Of a stretch of DNA of 64,000 bases, positions 1-9,638 are shown one piece after another. Numbering within the stretch: position 1 is the first letter of the stretch; each line of letters starts with the position of its first letter. The notes beneath the pieces were generated by a model. The model was not told the origin of the DNA, did no database searches, and worked only from the letters and a program-made list of their open reading frames with translations. The DNA lies in assembly GCA_036380735.1 (NCBI GenBank), contig DASVEE010000015.1:116409-180408 (forward strand), in the 5' to 3' direction. Made by a program: the position numbers and the translations under genes. This DNA comes from Thermoanaerobaculia bacterium (GTDB lineage: Bacteria > Acidobacteriota > Thermoanaerobaculia > Gp7-AA8).

Positions 1-4
1 GCGC

Positions 5-1162
5 ATGGGAGCCATCGCCAACATCAAGATCGTCAACGACGTCGAGCTCTCGAACGGCGAGACGCTGCCATTCACCATCCGCCGCTACTCGCCCTCGCTC
101 GGGGAGCGCGGCGTCGACCTCGCCGTCCTGCACGTCGGCCGCAAGAACCTCCCGTCGCTCGTCCTCGGCAACTCCGAGAGCGTCCGCGTCGGCGAATCGA
201 TCTGGGCCGTCGGTTACCCCGCCGTGGCCAGTAGCAGCGATGAAGTCATCGGCGGCTGGCTTTCGCGCGACAGCGACTTCGAGGCCACGCTGAACCCCGG
301 CACCATCACCGCGATCAAGCGCAACATCGCGAACGCGCCGGTCTTCCAGTCGAACGTCGCCATCTACCGCGGCAACAGCGGCGGGCCGGCGGTCAACCTC
401 GAGGGGGAGGCCGTCGGCGTCTCCACGTGGGGCCACACCAGCGCCGAGCAGATCAAGTTCCTCGTCCCCATCGCCATCGCCCGCCAGATGCTGGCGGAGG
501 CGAAGGTGCCGGCCGGCAGCGACGGCGAATTCAACCGCTACTACCACGCCGCGCTCGACGACGCCTACGACGGCCAGTGGCTCGAGGCGAAGAAGAACCT
601 GCACCACGCCGCCGGCATCTTCCCCCGCTCGCCCGACGTCATCCGCTTCATGCACGACGTCGACGAGGCCATCCGCGCGCTGCCGCCGTGGCAGCTTCAC
701 CCCGTCGTCAGCGGCGCCGCGGTCGCGTTCATCGCCGCGATCCTCGCCACTTCCGCCTTCCTGGTGGTCCGCTCGCGGCGTCCGCAGTTCGTGCCCGACG
801 TCCACAAAGCGACGACCGTCGAGACCCTGATCGCGCCGACCGGTGCCGCGTCCGCACGGGCCATACTGGGCAAGTTCACGATCCTCAACGGCCAGCGCGC
901 CGGCGAGCGCCTCGGGCTCGGAGGCTCCGGCATCCGCATCGGCCGGGAGTCGACGATTTGTGAGATCGTATTGGAAAATCCCAAAATCTCCCGGCTGCAC
1001 GCCGAGGTGGTGTCGATCGACGGGAAGGTGCTGCTGATCGACCGGAATTCGTCGAATGGGACCTACGTCAACGACCAGAAGATCGATAAGACGTATCTGA
1101 AGGACGGCGACATCATCTATTTCGGCGGGCGAAACGCCGTTGCTGTGGCATTCCATGCGTGA
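5..1162 (+). CDS. Trypsin-like (S1/HtrA-type) serine protease fused to a TM segment and a C-terminal FHA domain; 5' partial
   Basis: GNSGGP catalytic-serine motif and GYP..S protease core. Hydrophobic segment AAVAFIAAILATSAFLVV. C-terminal FHA signature GRES..ISRLHAEV..IDRNSSNGTYVND..DGDIIYFG. The ORF runs off the window start. Confidence 0.8.
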   Translation: MGAIANIKIVNDVELSNGETLPFTIRRYSPSLGERGVDLAVLHVGRKNLPSLVLGNSESVRVGESIWAVGYPAVASSSDEVIGGWLSRDSDFEATLNPGTITAIKRNIANAPVFQSNVAIYRGNSGGPAVNLEGEAVGVSTWGHTSAEQIKFLVPIAIARQMLAEAKVPAGSDGEFNRYYHAALDDAYDGQWLEAKKNLHHAAGIFPRSPDVIRFMHDVDEAIRALPPWQLHPVVSGAAVAFIAAILATSAFLVVRSRRPQFVPDVHKATTVETLIAPTGAASARAILGKFTILNGQRAGERLGLGGSGIRIGRESTICEIVLENPKISRLHAEVVSIDGKVLLIDRNSSNGTYVNDQKIDKTYLKDGDIIYFGGRNAVAVAFHA

Positions 1163-1887
1163 AGGTGGGGAACGTGGCTGACAAGAGGTGTGAGAACGGG
1201 CACTTCATCGACGAATCCTGGGACATCTGTCCCTATTGCCCGCAGGACGCGAGCGAGCCTGAGATTCCGATCGTGCGCCCCTCCCGTTTCGTGACCGCCG
1301 ACGGCGGAGCCGCTGCTGCTTCGGCCGCCGCGCCGGTCGCCGCTTCCGTCGCCGCCCCTCCCCCTCCGGCTGTCGCCGCACCGTTGCCCCTGCCGTCGCC
1401 CGCTCCCGCACCCGCGGCTGCCGCCGCCCCCTCGCCCTCCGCCTCCGGCTCCTTCGTGCGCCGCGAGGGCTCCGGTGTGCATGCGCCGCCGATGGAGCGC
1501 ACCGTCGCCGTCGGCCGCAGCGAGAACCCGCAGCCGAAGCGCTACGTCGTCGGCTGGCTCATCGGCCTCAACTCCGCCATCCGCGGCGAGTCGTTCGCGC
1601 TGCGCATGGGGCGCAACGTCATCGGCCGCGACCGCCGCTCCGACATCGTCATCAACGACGACCAGGCCTCCTCGCATCACGCCGACCTCGTGTTCCGGCC
1701 GGAGGAGCGCCGCTTCATCCTGATGGACCACAACTCCACCAACGGCACGTACGTGAACGAGGTGGAGATCGAGCCGCGCCGCGACCTCACGGCCAAGGAC
1801 ATGATCCGCATCGGCTCCCACAAGTTCCTCTTCCTGCCGCTCTGCCACGACGGCTTCCACTGGGATGACGAAGGGCCGCTGAAATGA
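1159..1887 (+). CDS. FHA-domain protein with N-terminal Cys4 zinc-ribbon and a Pro/Ala-rich linker
   Basis: GTG start overlaps the upstream stop (GTGA). CENGH..CPYCPQ zinc ribbon. PAPAAAAAPSP low-complexity linker. C-terminal FHA motif GRNVIGRDRRSDIVI..SSHHADLV..DHNSTNGTYVNE..MIRIGSHKF. Confidence 0.75.
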   Translation: MKVGNVADKRCENGHFIDESWDICPYCPQDASEPEIPIVRPSRFVTADGGAAAASAAAPVAASVAAPPPPAVAAPLPLPSPAPAPAAAAAPSPSASGSFVRREGSGVHAPPMERTVAVGRSENPQPKRYVVGWLIGLNSAIRGESFALRMGRNVIGRDRRSDIVINDDQASSHHADLVFRPEERRFILMDHNSTNGTYVNEVEIEPRRDLTAKDMIRIGSHKFLFLPLCHDGFHWDDEGPLK

Positions 1888-3116
1888 TCGGGAACGTCAT
1901 CGGAAACTACCGCATCGAGCGGGAGATCGGTGAAGGCGGCATGAGCCACGTCTACGTGGGCCGCACGCTCGCCGCGACGAGCCTCCTGCCCGCCGGCTTC
2001 GCCGTCGTCCTCAAGGTCATGTCCGAGGAGCTCGCGGGCGACCAGACGGCGCGCAAACGCTTCGAGCGTGAAGCGAAGATGCTGAAGGTGCTGCGTCACC
2101 GCAACATCACCCGCTTCTTCGAGTTCATCAACGGCAACACCGGCGCGGTGCTCGTCATGGAGTTCGTCGACGGCATCCCGGTCGACCTGCTGATCAACGA
2201 GAAGGGCGCGCTGCCGATCGGCGAGGCCGTCGGCATCTGCCAGAACATGCTCGACGCGCTGATCTACGCGCACGACAAGGACATCGTCCACCGCGACATC
2301 AAGCCGGCGAACCTCATCCGCGAGAAGAAGACCGGCGTCGTGAAGATGACCGACTTCGGCATCGCCAAGATGAAGGAAGGCGGCAACACCACCGGCCAGA
2401 CCGTCCTCACCAAGTCCGGCTTCCTCCTCGGCACGCCGCACTACATGTCGCCGGAGCAGATCCGCGAGCCGAAGGACGCCGGCCCGAAGAGCGACGTCTA
2501 CTCCGCCGGCGTCGTGCTGTACGAGATGCTCACCGGCGTCCTGCCGTTCAACAGCCGCTCGCTGCCCAAGCTCATCGACGCCATCTACCGCGGCGAGAAG
2601 CAGACGCCGCGCGCGCTGCGTCCCGAGATCGACGCCGAGCTCGAGGCCATCGTCCTCAAGTCGATGATGCCCCGCATGGACGACCGCTACAGATCCGCGA
2701 GCGAGTTCAACACCGCGCTCGAGGAGTACAGCGCCCAGCGGCCGGTCGGCTGGGGCACGTTCACCACGACGGACGACGACGACACCACCCCGCCGCCGCC
2801 GCGCGTCGATCCCTCGAAGCAGTGGGCGCTGGTGCACGTCAAGCCCGAAGCGAACGAGAAGCACGCCATCATCGGCGACAGCGTCATGGTCGGCCGCGAC
2901 CGCGCGTGCACCATCGTCCTCTCGCACCCGGCCGTGTCGCGCCGTCACGCGCGCATCACCCTCACCGGCTCCGTGCCGGTGCTCGAAGACCTCAAGTCCG
3001 CCAACGGAACCTACGTCAACAACGCCCGTGTCGAGCGCGTCACCCTCAAGGCAGGCGACATCGTCCGCTTTGGCGCCGACCCGGCGTGCAGTTATGTGTT
3101 GAGAGAGCACGTGTAG
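1884..3116 (+). CDS. Ser/Thr protein kinase with C-terminal FHA domain
   Basis: ATGA overlap with the upstream gene. Hanks kinase motifs GEGGMSHVY, VLK, HRDIKPANL, DFGIAK, SPE. C-terminal FHA: VGRDRACTIVLSHPAVSRRHARI..SANGTYVNN..GDIVRFG. Confidence 0.85.
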   Translation: MIGNVIGNYRIEREIGEGGMSHVYVGRTLAATSLLPAGFAVVLKVMSEELAGDQTARKRFEREAKMLKVLRHRNITRFFEFINGNTGAVLVMEFVDGIPVDLLINEKGALPIGEAVGICQNMLDALIYAHDKDIVHRDIKPANLIREKKTGVVKMTDFGIAKMKEGGNTTGQTVLTKSGFLLGTPHYMSPEQIREPKDAGPKSDVYSAGVVLYEMLTGVLPFNSRSLPKLIDAIYRGEKQTPRALRPEIDAELEAIVLKSMMPRMDDRYRSASEFNTALEEYSAQRPVGWGTFTTTDDDDTTPPPPRVDPSKQWALVHVKPEANEKHAIIGDSVMVGRDRACTIVLSHPAVSRRHARITLTGSVPVLEDLKSANGTYVNNARVERVTLKAGDIVRFGADPACSYVLREHV

Positions 3117-3123
3117 AGAAGAG

Positions 3124-3203
3124 AGAGAGACAGTTGTTGGTTTTCGGTTTTCGGTTGTCGGTGGGAGACCAAAAACCGAAAACCGACAACCGAAAACCAA
3201 ACC
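3124..3203. repeat. Hairpin element with arms made of heptad units (CGGTTTT/CGGTTGT)
   Basis: The arm ttgttggttttcggttttcggttgtcggtgg, a gaga loop, and the arm ccaaaaaccgaaaaccgacaaccgaaaacc form a perfect-looking inverted repeat. It lies between the kinase stop (3116) and the next start (3235). Related copies sit at 12377 and 62345. Confidence 0.65.
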
Positions 3204-3234
3204 CAACCGCGACCGACAGGGAGCGAACCAGAAT

Positions 3235-4992
3235 ATGCCCCAGATCAACTGCCTGAACTGCAAACAGTCGATCGACTCACAAGCCGATCAGTGTCCGCAC
3301 TGCGGCGAGCGCGTCACGCTGTTGCAGCGCACGTACGCCGGACGTCACATCGACGGCAAGTACCAGATCATCGACCGCCTCGGCGTCGGCGGCATGGGCG
3401 AGATCTTCAAGGTCCGCCACATCCACCTCAACGAGCTGCGCGTCATCAAGATCATGCGTGCGAACGTCGCGCACGACGAGCAGGGCCTCCAGCGCTTCCT
3501 CCAGGAGGCGCGCACGTCGACGATGATCAAGCATCGCAACCTGGCGATGCTCTACGACTTCGCGCAGCTCGAGGACAGCTCCTACTACATGGTGTGGGAG
3601 TTCATCGACGGCACGAACATCCAGAAGTGGATCGCGCAGAACGGCCCCGTGCCGCCGCGCCTCGCCGTGGAGATCGCCATTCAGGCACTGATGGGCCTCG
3701 ACCATCTCCACTCCATGGGCCTCATCCACCGCGACGTCTCGCCCGAGAACATCATGCTGTCGCAGGACCATCACGGGAAGCTCCTCGTGAAGGTCATCGA
3801 CTTCGGCATCGCCAAGCAGCTCGGCGAAGGGGAGCAGGGGCAGGGACTGACGCAGACCGGCATGTTCCTCGGGAAGCTGAAGTACGCCTCGCCCGAGCAG
3901 GCCGGCTTCCTCCGCGACGGCGAGCAGCTCGATCCCCGCAGCGACCTCTACTCGTTCGGCATCGTCATGTACGAGATGCTCTCCGGACGGGCGCCGTTCC
4001 AGGCGACGAATCCGCACGCGTACATCCTCAAGCACGTGCAGGAGGCGCCGGCGCCGCTGTCGCAGACGAACGCCGCCGTCAAGGTGCCGCCGAGCCTCGA
4101 AGCCGTCGTCATGCGCGCGCTCGAGAAGAAGCGCGAGGACCGCTTCGAGACGGCCGCCGAGTTCGCGTCGGCGCTCGAAGCGCTGCGCAACAGCATCTCG
4201 CCCGACCAGAAGTACGGCGTCGGCGAGCGCATGGTGACGCTCTCCGCCGCCCAGACGCTGGCCGACGCGAAGATGACGTCGACCGGTCCGGCGCCGACAC
4301 AGCAGACGCAGCAGACCATGGCCGGCACGCGGCGCGACACGAAGCTCGGCAGCGATGAAGCCACGATGATCACGCGCGGCGGCAGCGACGAAGCGACGAT
4401 GATGGAGCGCTTCGAGACGCAGCAGGCCGCGACGCCGACGGTGCAGGAGTCGAAGGCGTCGTGGAACGCCGCGACGCCGCAGGCCGAGGCGACGGTGATC
4501 GAGCGGCAGTACGCGGGGGCGCCGGCCGTTCCGGCGAAGAAATCCAACATGGCGCTCATCGGCGGCATCGCCGCCGCGGTCGTCCTTGTCATCGCCATCG
4601 CCGCGTACATGATGCTGAAGAAGCCGGACCCCGCGACGGTTCCGGCGGCGACGAACACCGTCGTGCCGAGCGGCACCGAGGTCGTCTCCGCCACGACGCC
4701 GTCGCAGCCGATCCCGTCGGGGCAGGGGCTGCTGCTGCTCTCCGCCACGCCGTGGGGCGATCTGGAGAGCATCGTCAGCGCCAGCGACAACAAGCAGATC
4801 ACCTTTCCGGAGTCGGAGCGCTCCACTCCGTCGCGCATCATCCTCGACCCGGGGAAATACACCGTGAAGGTGAGCGGCCCCGCGAAGACGGAGGAATTCG
4901 ACATCCAGATCGAGGCCGGCAAACCGGTCTCGAAGAACCTCGACCTCGGCACCGTCGACTACGACCAGCTCGCAAAGGAAATGCAGCAATGA
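3235..4992 (+). CDS. Ser/Thr protein kinase with N-terminal zinc ribbon, TM segment and C-terminal PEGA-like domain
   Basis: RBS agggag. CLNCKQ..CPHCGE zinc ribbon. Kinase motifs GVGGMGEIFK, HRDVSPENI, DFGIAK, ASPEQ. TM segment IGGIAAAVVLVIAIAAYMML. C-terminal beta-rich segment KYTVKVSGPAKTEEFDIQIEAGKP. Confidence 0.85.
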   Translation: MPQINCLNCKQSIDSQADQCPHCGERVTLLQRTYAGRHIDGKYQIIDRLGVGGMGEIFKVRHIHLNELRVIKIMRANVAHDEQGLQRFLQEARTSTMIKHRNLAMLYDFAQLEDSSYYMVWEFIDGTNIQKWIAQNGPVPPRLAVEIAIQALMGLDHLHSMGLIHRDVSPENIMLSQDHHGKLLVKVIDFGIAKQLGEGEQGQGLTQTGMFLGKLKYASPEQAGFLRDGEQLDPRSDLYSFGIVMYEMLSGRAPFQATNPHAYILKHVQEAPAPLSQTNAAVKVPPSLEAVVMRALEKKREDRFETAAEFASALEALRNSISPDQKYGVGERMVTLSAAQTLADAKMTSTGPAPTQQTQQTMAGTRRDTKLGSDEATMITRGGSDEATMMERFETQQAATPTVQESKASWNAATPQAEATVIERQYAGAPAVPAKKSNMALIGGIAAAVVLVIAIAAYMMLKKPDPATVPAATNTVVPSGTEVVSATTPSQPIPSGQGLLLLSATPWGDLESIVSASDNKQITFPESERSTPSRIILDPGKYTVKVSGPAKTEEFDIQIEAGKPVSKNLDLGTVDYDQLAKEMQQ

Positions 4993-6068
4993 CCCCGGTA
5001 CGCACGCTCGCGCTTCTCACACTCCTCTTCCTCGCCGTCACCGCCCAGGCTTCCTGGTACGACGACTACGATGCCGGCATTGCCGCCGCGCGCGCCGGCA
5101 ACTGGTCCACCGTGGTCACCAGGATGAGCGCGGCGATCAAAGGCAATCCGAAGGAAGAGAACAAGGCGCGCACGTACGGCGCGATCTTCATCAACTACAA
5201 GCCCTACTACTACCGCGGCGTCGCCCACCTCAACCTCGGCAACTACGAGCAGGCCGTGACCGACTTCGAGCGGACGCAGGGCCGCGGCGAGCTCGATCTC
5301 GGCTCCATCGAGACGCTCATGGGACGCGCGAAATCGCGTCTCGAAGCGGCGCAGGCACCGGCGCAGCAGCCGGAGCAGCGTCCCGATCCCACGCCGCCGG
5401 TACAGGTGCCTCAGCAGCCGCGCCCCACACCGCAGCAGCCGGTGGTGACACCGGCGCCGGCGCAGACGCCGGTCACACCGGCGATCGACGCCGCGCTGCG
5501 GCAGCGCGCGACGCAGGCCCTGGCGAACGCACGCCAGCGCATCAACGCGGCGCAGCAGCGCCGCGGCGCGACGTCGTCCGCGCAGTACCAGCAGGCCACG
5601 ACCGCGTGGGCCTCGGCCAACGCACGCAACGCGAACGCGCGCAGCAACGACGATCTCAACGCCGTCATCGCCGAAGCGGAGAACGCGTCGCTGCTGGCCG
5701 ACTCCGCGGTTGCGCCCTCGGCGCCGCAGCTCCCCGCCACGCGCCCGCAGGCCGCAACGTCGGCCGTGCTGGCCGACTACGAGAGCGACCTCCGCGACGC
5801 GCTCACCGCCTACTTCGCGGGCGACTTCGACGAATCGACGCCAAAGTTCGAAAGCCTCTCCCGCAAGCTGCCGAACAACGCATGGGTATGGGCGTTCCTC
5901 GGCGCCTCGCAGTATTCGCAGTTCGCCTTCGAAGCCGACGAAGACTACCGCCGCGCCGCGCTGCAGTCGTTCCAGAAAGCCAAGTCGCTGCGCTCCTGGA
6001 AGGGCGGCCTGCCGCCGAAGTATTTTTCGCGCAGGATCCGCAGAGCGTTCGACAACACCGCGGGGTGA
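4989..6068 (+). CDS. Secreted TPR-like / Pro-Gln-rich protein, translationally coupled to the kinase
   Basis: ATG overlaps the kinase stop (ATGA). Signal peptide MTPVRTLALLTLLFLAVTAQA. The segment YYYRGVAHLNLGNYEQAVTDFERT is TPR-like. Long PQQP-rich low-complexity region. The ORF-track 5' extension to 4461 lacks support. Confidence 0.65.
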   Translation: MTPVRTLALLTLLFLAVTAQASWYDDYDAGIAAARAGNWSTVVTRMSAAIKGNPKEENKARTYGAIFINYKPYYYRGVAHLNLGNYEQAVTDFERTQGRGELDLGSIETLMGRAKSRLEAAQAPAQQPEQRPDPTPPVQVPQQPRPTPQQPVVTPAPAQTPVTPAIDAALRQRATQALANARQRINAAQQRRGATSSAQYQQATTAWASANARNANARSNDDLNAVIAEAENASLLADSAVAPSAPQLPATRPQAATSAVLADYESDLRDALTAYFAGDFDESTPKFESLSRKLPNNAWVWAFLGASQYSQFAFEADEDYRRAALQSFQKAKSLRSWKGGLPPKYFSRRIRRAFDNTAG

Positions 6069-6378
6069 CGATAGGACAAATGGGACGGATAGGACCTATA
6101 GGACAGATGGGACGAATCCCCCGTTGCTGCGCCACCAATAGCTGCCGCCAGACACGATCCGCACGAATCCACTAGCCCCGGGCTTTGCCCGGGGACGCGC
6201 AAACGCAACTGTGCCTTGCGCGCCAACCCCCGGGCAAAGCCCGGTGGCTGGTGATGGGGCGCGTCCAGGGTGTGGGTTGGATCGCCGTGCACAGGGAAAG
6301 TCGCTTCCTCACGTGACACGCGGCGCATAAGTCCCATAGGTCCTATCCGTCCTATAGGTCCTATTCGTCCCATCGTTC
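6066..6378. repeat. Composite 9-bp-unit inverted-repeat element with a long (~210 bp) structured core
   Basis: Left array gataggacaaatgggacggataggacctataggacagatgggacgaat (6069-6118) starts 1 bp after the TGA. The reverse-complement array is at 6327-6376. The core holds nested hairpins ccgggctttgcccgg and ccgggcaaagcccgg flanking gcgcaa..ttgcgc. Confidence 0.65.
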
Positions 6379-6458
6379 GCCGCGCGCAAACGCCAGCCGC
6401 CCACCCACGAGGCACCTTCTCCCCGCTGGGCGGGGAGAAGGGCCACGCGAGGGACAAC

Positions 6459-7241
6459 CTAGCTGTTGCTGCCGCCGCCGCTGTTGCCGCCGCCGCTCTG
6501 CTCCGCGGTCGAGCCGATCACTTCTTCGATCTTCTCGCCACCGATCGGCAGAGCGTCTTTGACCTGCTCGACGACGCGGCTGATCACGCTGCGAGCGCGG
6601 CTCGCAACCGACTTCCGGCTGCCGCCCGACGCCTTGCCGCCTTTTTTCGCGGCAGAACGCTGGGCCGGCGAAGCTTTCCGCGCCGAAGAGGACGAGCCGC
6701 CCTTCTTCGAGGAGGAGGAAGCTTTCTTCGACGACGAAGAGGCTTTCTTCGACGAGGAGGACGATCCGCCCCGCTTCGCCGAGGAACCGCCACCACGCGA
6801 CGCCTGACCGCCCTTCTTGGCGGCAGCGCGTGACGGCGCTCTCTTCGACGACGACGAGGACGATCCGCCCCGCCCGGCCGACGAGGCCTTCTTCGACGAC
6901 GAGGAGGCTTTCTTCGACGACGAGGCGGCCTTCTTCGACGAGGACGACGATCCGCCCCTCTTCGAGGAGGAGGACGCGCCACGCTTCTTCGAGGAGGCCG
7001 AGGCCTTCTTCGACGAGGAACCGCCACCGCGCGACGCCTGTCCGCCCTTCTTGGCGGCAGCGCGCGACGGGGCCTTCTTCGACGACCCGGACGACTTCGA
7101 GGACTTCGAGGACTTCGACGACGACTTCGACGAGGACTTCTTACCCGAAGAGGACTTCGATGACTTCGACGACTTCGAAGCCGAAGATCCCTTCGACGAC
7201 TTGCTCGCTCCACCCTTCTTCGAGGCGGAGGCTTTCTTCGA
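6459..7241 (-). CDS. Highly repetitive basic Ser/Lys-rich low-complexity protein (possible histone-H1-like/nucleoid-associated)
   Basis: Strong RBS aaaggag 7 nt before an ATG on the minus strand (7241). The product is MAASKKASASKKGG..(SSKK/KSSK repeats)..SVISRVVEQVKDALPIGGEKIEEV. The DNA carries tandem repeats. The mirror-strand D/E/F-rich ORFs have no RBS. Confidence 0.55.
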   Translation of the reverse strand, partial: SKKASASKKGGASKSSKGSSASKSSKSSKSSSGKKSSSKSSSKSSKSSKSSGSSKKAPSRAAAKKGGQASRGGGSSSKKASASSKKRGASSSSKRGGSSSSSKKAASSSKKASSSSKKASSAGRGGSSSSSSKRAPSRAAAKKGGQASRGGGSSAKRGGSSSSSKKASSSSKKASSSSKKGGSSSSARKASPAQRSAAKKGGKASGGSRKSVASRARSVISRVVEQVKDALPIGGEKIEEVIGSTAEQSGGGNSGGGSNS

Positions 7242-7354
7242 TGCAGCCATGTATTTCTCCTTTTTCAAAACAGTCTCGGAGGGGAGCCGTACTTTTTGAT
7301 CAACGAGAGATGAGCTGCGTGGCAACAGTGTTGCTCCGAAAAATGTAGACGAAC

Positions 7355-9508
7355 ATGATGCGAATGTCACGCCCGGTCAGATGGCCACGCCTCACACTCA
7401 CCGTCGCCATCGCGATTTTTGTGGTCGCTTATGCGTTCGCGATCTACATTTTCGTGCTCAATCAGCGCCTTTCTCGCGAGCTGGTCGACCACAACTGGCG
7501 CGAGCCGACCATCCTCGTTTCCAACGCCGGCAAGAAGCCGCGTGAGGTCGCGCGGCTCTACGGAACCGACTGGCGCACCACGCCGCCGATCCGGCTCGGC
7601 GACCTGCCGCCGCACGTCGGCAACGCGTTTCTCGCCGCCGAAGACGTCCGTTTCCGCCGCCATCCCGGCGTCGATCCCATCGGCATCACGCGCGCCGCGG
7701 TGCGCAACGTCCGCGCCGGCGGCATCACCCAGGGCGGCAGCACCATCAACCAGCAGATCATCAAGCAGCGCTACTTCTCGAACGAGCGTACGTGGCGCCG
7801 CAAGATCGTCGAGATGATCCTCGCCGTCATCCTCGACGCGCGCCTCTCCAAGGACGACATCCTCGAGCTCTACCTCAACGACGTCTACCTCGGGCACCAC
7901 GAAGGCAGCCCGGTCCTCGGCGTCGACGAAGCCGCGCGCCTCTACTTCGACAAGTCGCCGCGCGAGCTCCGCTCCGACGAAGCGGCGATCCTCGCCGCCA
8001 TCGTGCGCGCCCCCAATCGCGACAACCCCCGCAAGCGCCCCGACCTCGTACGCGCCCGCCGCGACGGCATCCTCAAGGTCATGCGCGACCGCAAGTGGAT
8101 CAGCGAATCGCAGTACCGCGACGGCGCCGCCCGCCCGGTCGACCTCAATCGCGGACGCCTGCCGCAGACGCCCTTCCCCTACTACCTCCGCGCCTTGCGC
8201 GCCGACCTGGTGAAGGAGATCGGCATCGGACCGATCGTTCAGGGCGGTCTCACGATCGTCTGCGAGCTCGATGAAGAGGCGCAGCGCGTCGCCGAGCGCG
8301 TCGCCAGACGCACACCGGGTTCGCTCGAAGGGCGCTACCGCTGGCTGCGCGAGCAGGCCGCGCAGGACCCGCTGCAGGTCGCGATCCTCTCCGTCGATCC
8401 GCGTACCGGCGGCGTACGCGCCCTCGTCGGCGGCTCCGACTTCAAGCGCTCCCCCTTCGACCGCACCAAGAACATGCGGCGCCAGCCCGGCTCCGCGTTC
8501 AAGACGTTCGCCTTCCTCGCCGCCATCACCTCGAAGCGCGCGACCAACGCCACGCTGCTGCTCGATGCGCCGGTGACGATCGAAGTCGGCAGCGAGGAGT
8601 GGACGCCGCAGAACTACGACGAGCGCTTCCGCGGCCGCGTGACGGTACGTGAGGCGTTCGAGAAGTCGCTGAACGTCCCCACGGTGCGGCTGACGCAGCA
8701 GATCGGCATGAACCGCGTCGTGCGCACGGCGAACAAGTTCGAGTTCGACGAGAAGTTCACCTCCATCCCCGCCCTGCCGCTCGGCGTGAGCGAGGTCTCG
8801 ATGCGCGAGCTCACCGCCGCCTACACCGTCTTCCCCAACCTCGGCGAGCGCGTCGAGCCGTTCCTGCTGACCGAGGTGCGCAATCGCCGCGGGAAGACGC
8901 TGTACAAGCACGAGGTCGAGCGGAAGCGCATCGTCGACGCCGACTCCGCCTTCATCGTCCACACGCTGCTGCGCGGCGTCGTCCAGCGCGGCACCGCCTC
9001 CCGCCTCCGCCGCTACGGCCTCGGCTACGTCGCCGGCAAGACCGGCACGACCAACGACTACCGCGACGCCTGGTTCGTCGGCTACACGCCCGACATGGTC
9101 ACGACCGTGTGGGTCGGCTTCGACAAAGGGGCGCCGCTGCGCCTCTCCTCGGGCGAGGCCGCCATTCCGGTGTGGGGTGAGTACATGCGCGAGCTGCCGC
9201 ACCTCCAGCGCTACCCCGACTCACCGTCGGGCGTGACGTGGCGGCAGATCGATCCCGAGACCGGGATGCTGTGGCGCGAAGGCTGCCCCGGCCCGCGGCG
9301 CGAGGTGTTCCTCGACGGCACCGCACCGACGCGCCACTGCCCCCGCGGCATCCTCGGCAACGTCGTCCGCCGCGTCTTCTTCGACGAAGAGAACTTCGAC
9401 GAGCCGCCGGCCATCACCCTGGACAAGTTCCGGCGCTGGGCCAACGAAGCGGACCGCAACCGCCAGCAGGTGGAAGGGATCCTGGACCGGCTGCGCCGGA
9501 TGTTCTAG
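7355..9508 (+). CDS. Class A penicillin-binding protein (bifunctional transglycosylase/transpeptidase)
   Basis: N-terminal TM. GT51 motifs FLAAEDVRFRRH, GGSTINQQ, RKIVE. Transpeptidase motifs SAFK (SxxK) and KTGTT. Long C-terminal extension. Confidence 0.85.
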   Translation: MMRMSRPVRWPRLTLTVAIAIFVVAYAFAIYIFVLNQRLSRELVDHNWREPTILVSNAGKKPREVARLYGTDWRTTPPIRLGDLPPHVGNAFLAAEDVRFRRHPGVDPIGITRAAVRNVRAGGITQGGSTINQQIIKQRYFSNERTWRRKIVEMILAVILDARLSKDDILELYLNDVYLGHHEGSPVLGVDEAARLYFDKSPRELRSDEAAILAAIVRAPNRDNPRKRPDLVRARRDGILKVMRDRKWISESQYRDGAARPVDLNRGRLPQTPFPYYLRALRADLVKEIGIGPIVQGGLTIVCELDEEAQRVAERVARRTPGSLEGRYRWLREQAAQDPLQVAILSVDPRTGGVRALVGGSDFKRSPFDRTKNMRRQPGSAFKTFAFLAAITSKRATNATLLLDAPVTIEVGSEEWTPQNYDERFRGRVTVREAFEKSLNVPTVRLTQQIGMNRVVRTANKFEFDEKFTSIPALPLGVSEVSMRELTAAYTVFPNLGERVEPFLLTEVRNRRGKTLYKHEVERKRIVDADSAFIVHTLLRGVVQRGTASRLRRYGLGYVAGKTGTTNDYRDAWFVGYTPDMVTTVWVGFDKGAPLRLSSGEAAIPVWGEYMRELPHLQRYPDSPSGVTWRQIDPETGMLWREGCPGPRREVFLDGTAPTRHCPRGILGNVVRRVFFDEENFDEPPAITLDKFRRWANEADRNRQQVEGILDRLRRMF

Positions 9509-9596
9509 GGCGGGAACGATGGGACCCATAGGACGGATGGGACGAATGGGACAGGTGGGCTGCCGTCCTGTCTGGCCTATCAGTCCTGGTCGTCCT
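9508..9596. repeat. 9-bp-unit inverted-repeat element
   Basis: gggaacgatgggacccataggacggatgggacgaatgggac, then a short core, then a degenerate inverted array. It starts directly after the PBP stop TAG. Confidence 0.6.
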
Positions 9597-9638
9597 GTCG
9601 GCGGTTCCGCGCGACTACGCTGCTGTTGAAAACGACTG

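Noticed and set aside
4461-4988. 5' extensions of ORFs in the track (4461-6068, 12340-14367, 15175-16011, 24055-25293, 31173-32552, 44689-44760, 57525-57683, 51446-51553).
   Set aside because: Each has an internal start with a good RBS that begins a recognisable signal peptide or domain. The extension runs through a terminator, a repeat element or the upstream gene.
6270-7348. Acidic D/E/F-rich ORFs (6466-6807, 6817-7299) on the + strand opposite the Ser/Lys-rich gene.
   Set aside because: They are mirror-image low-complexity products of the same repeat DNA. Only the minus-strand frame has a consensus RBS and ATG.
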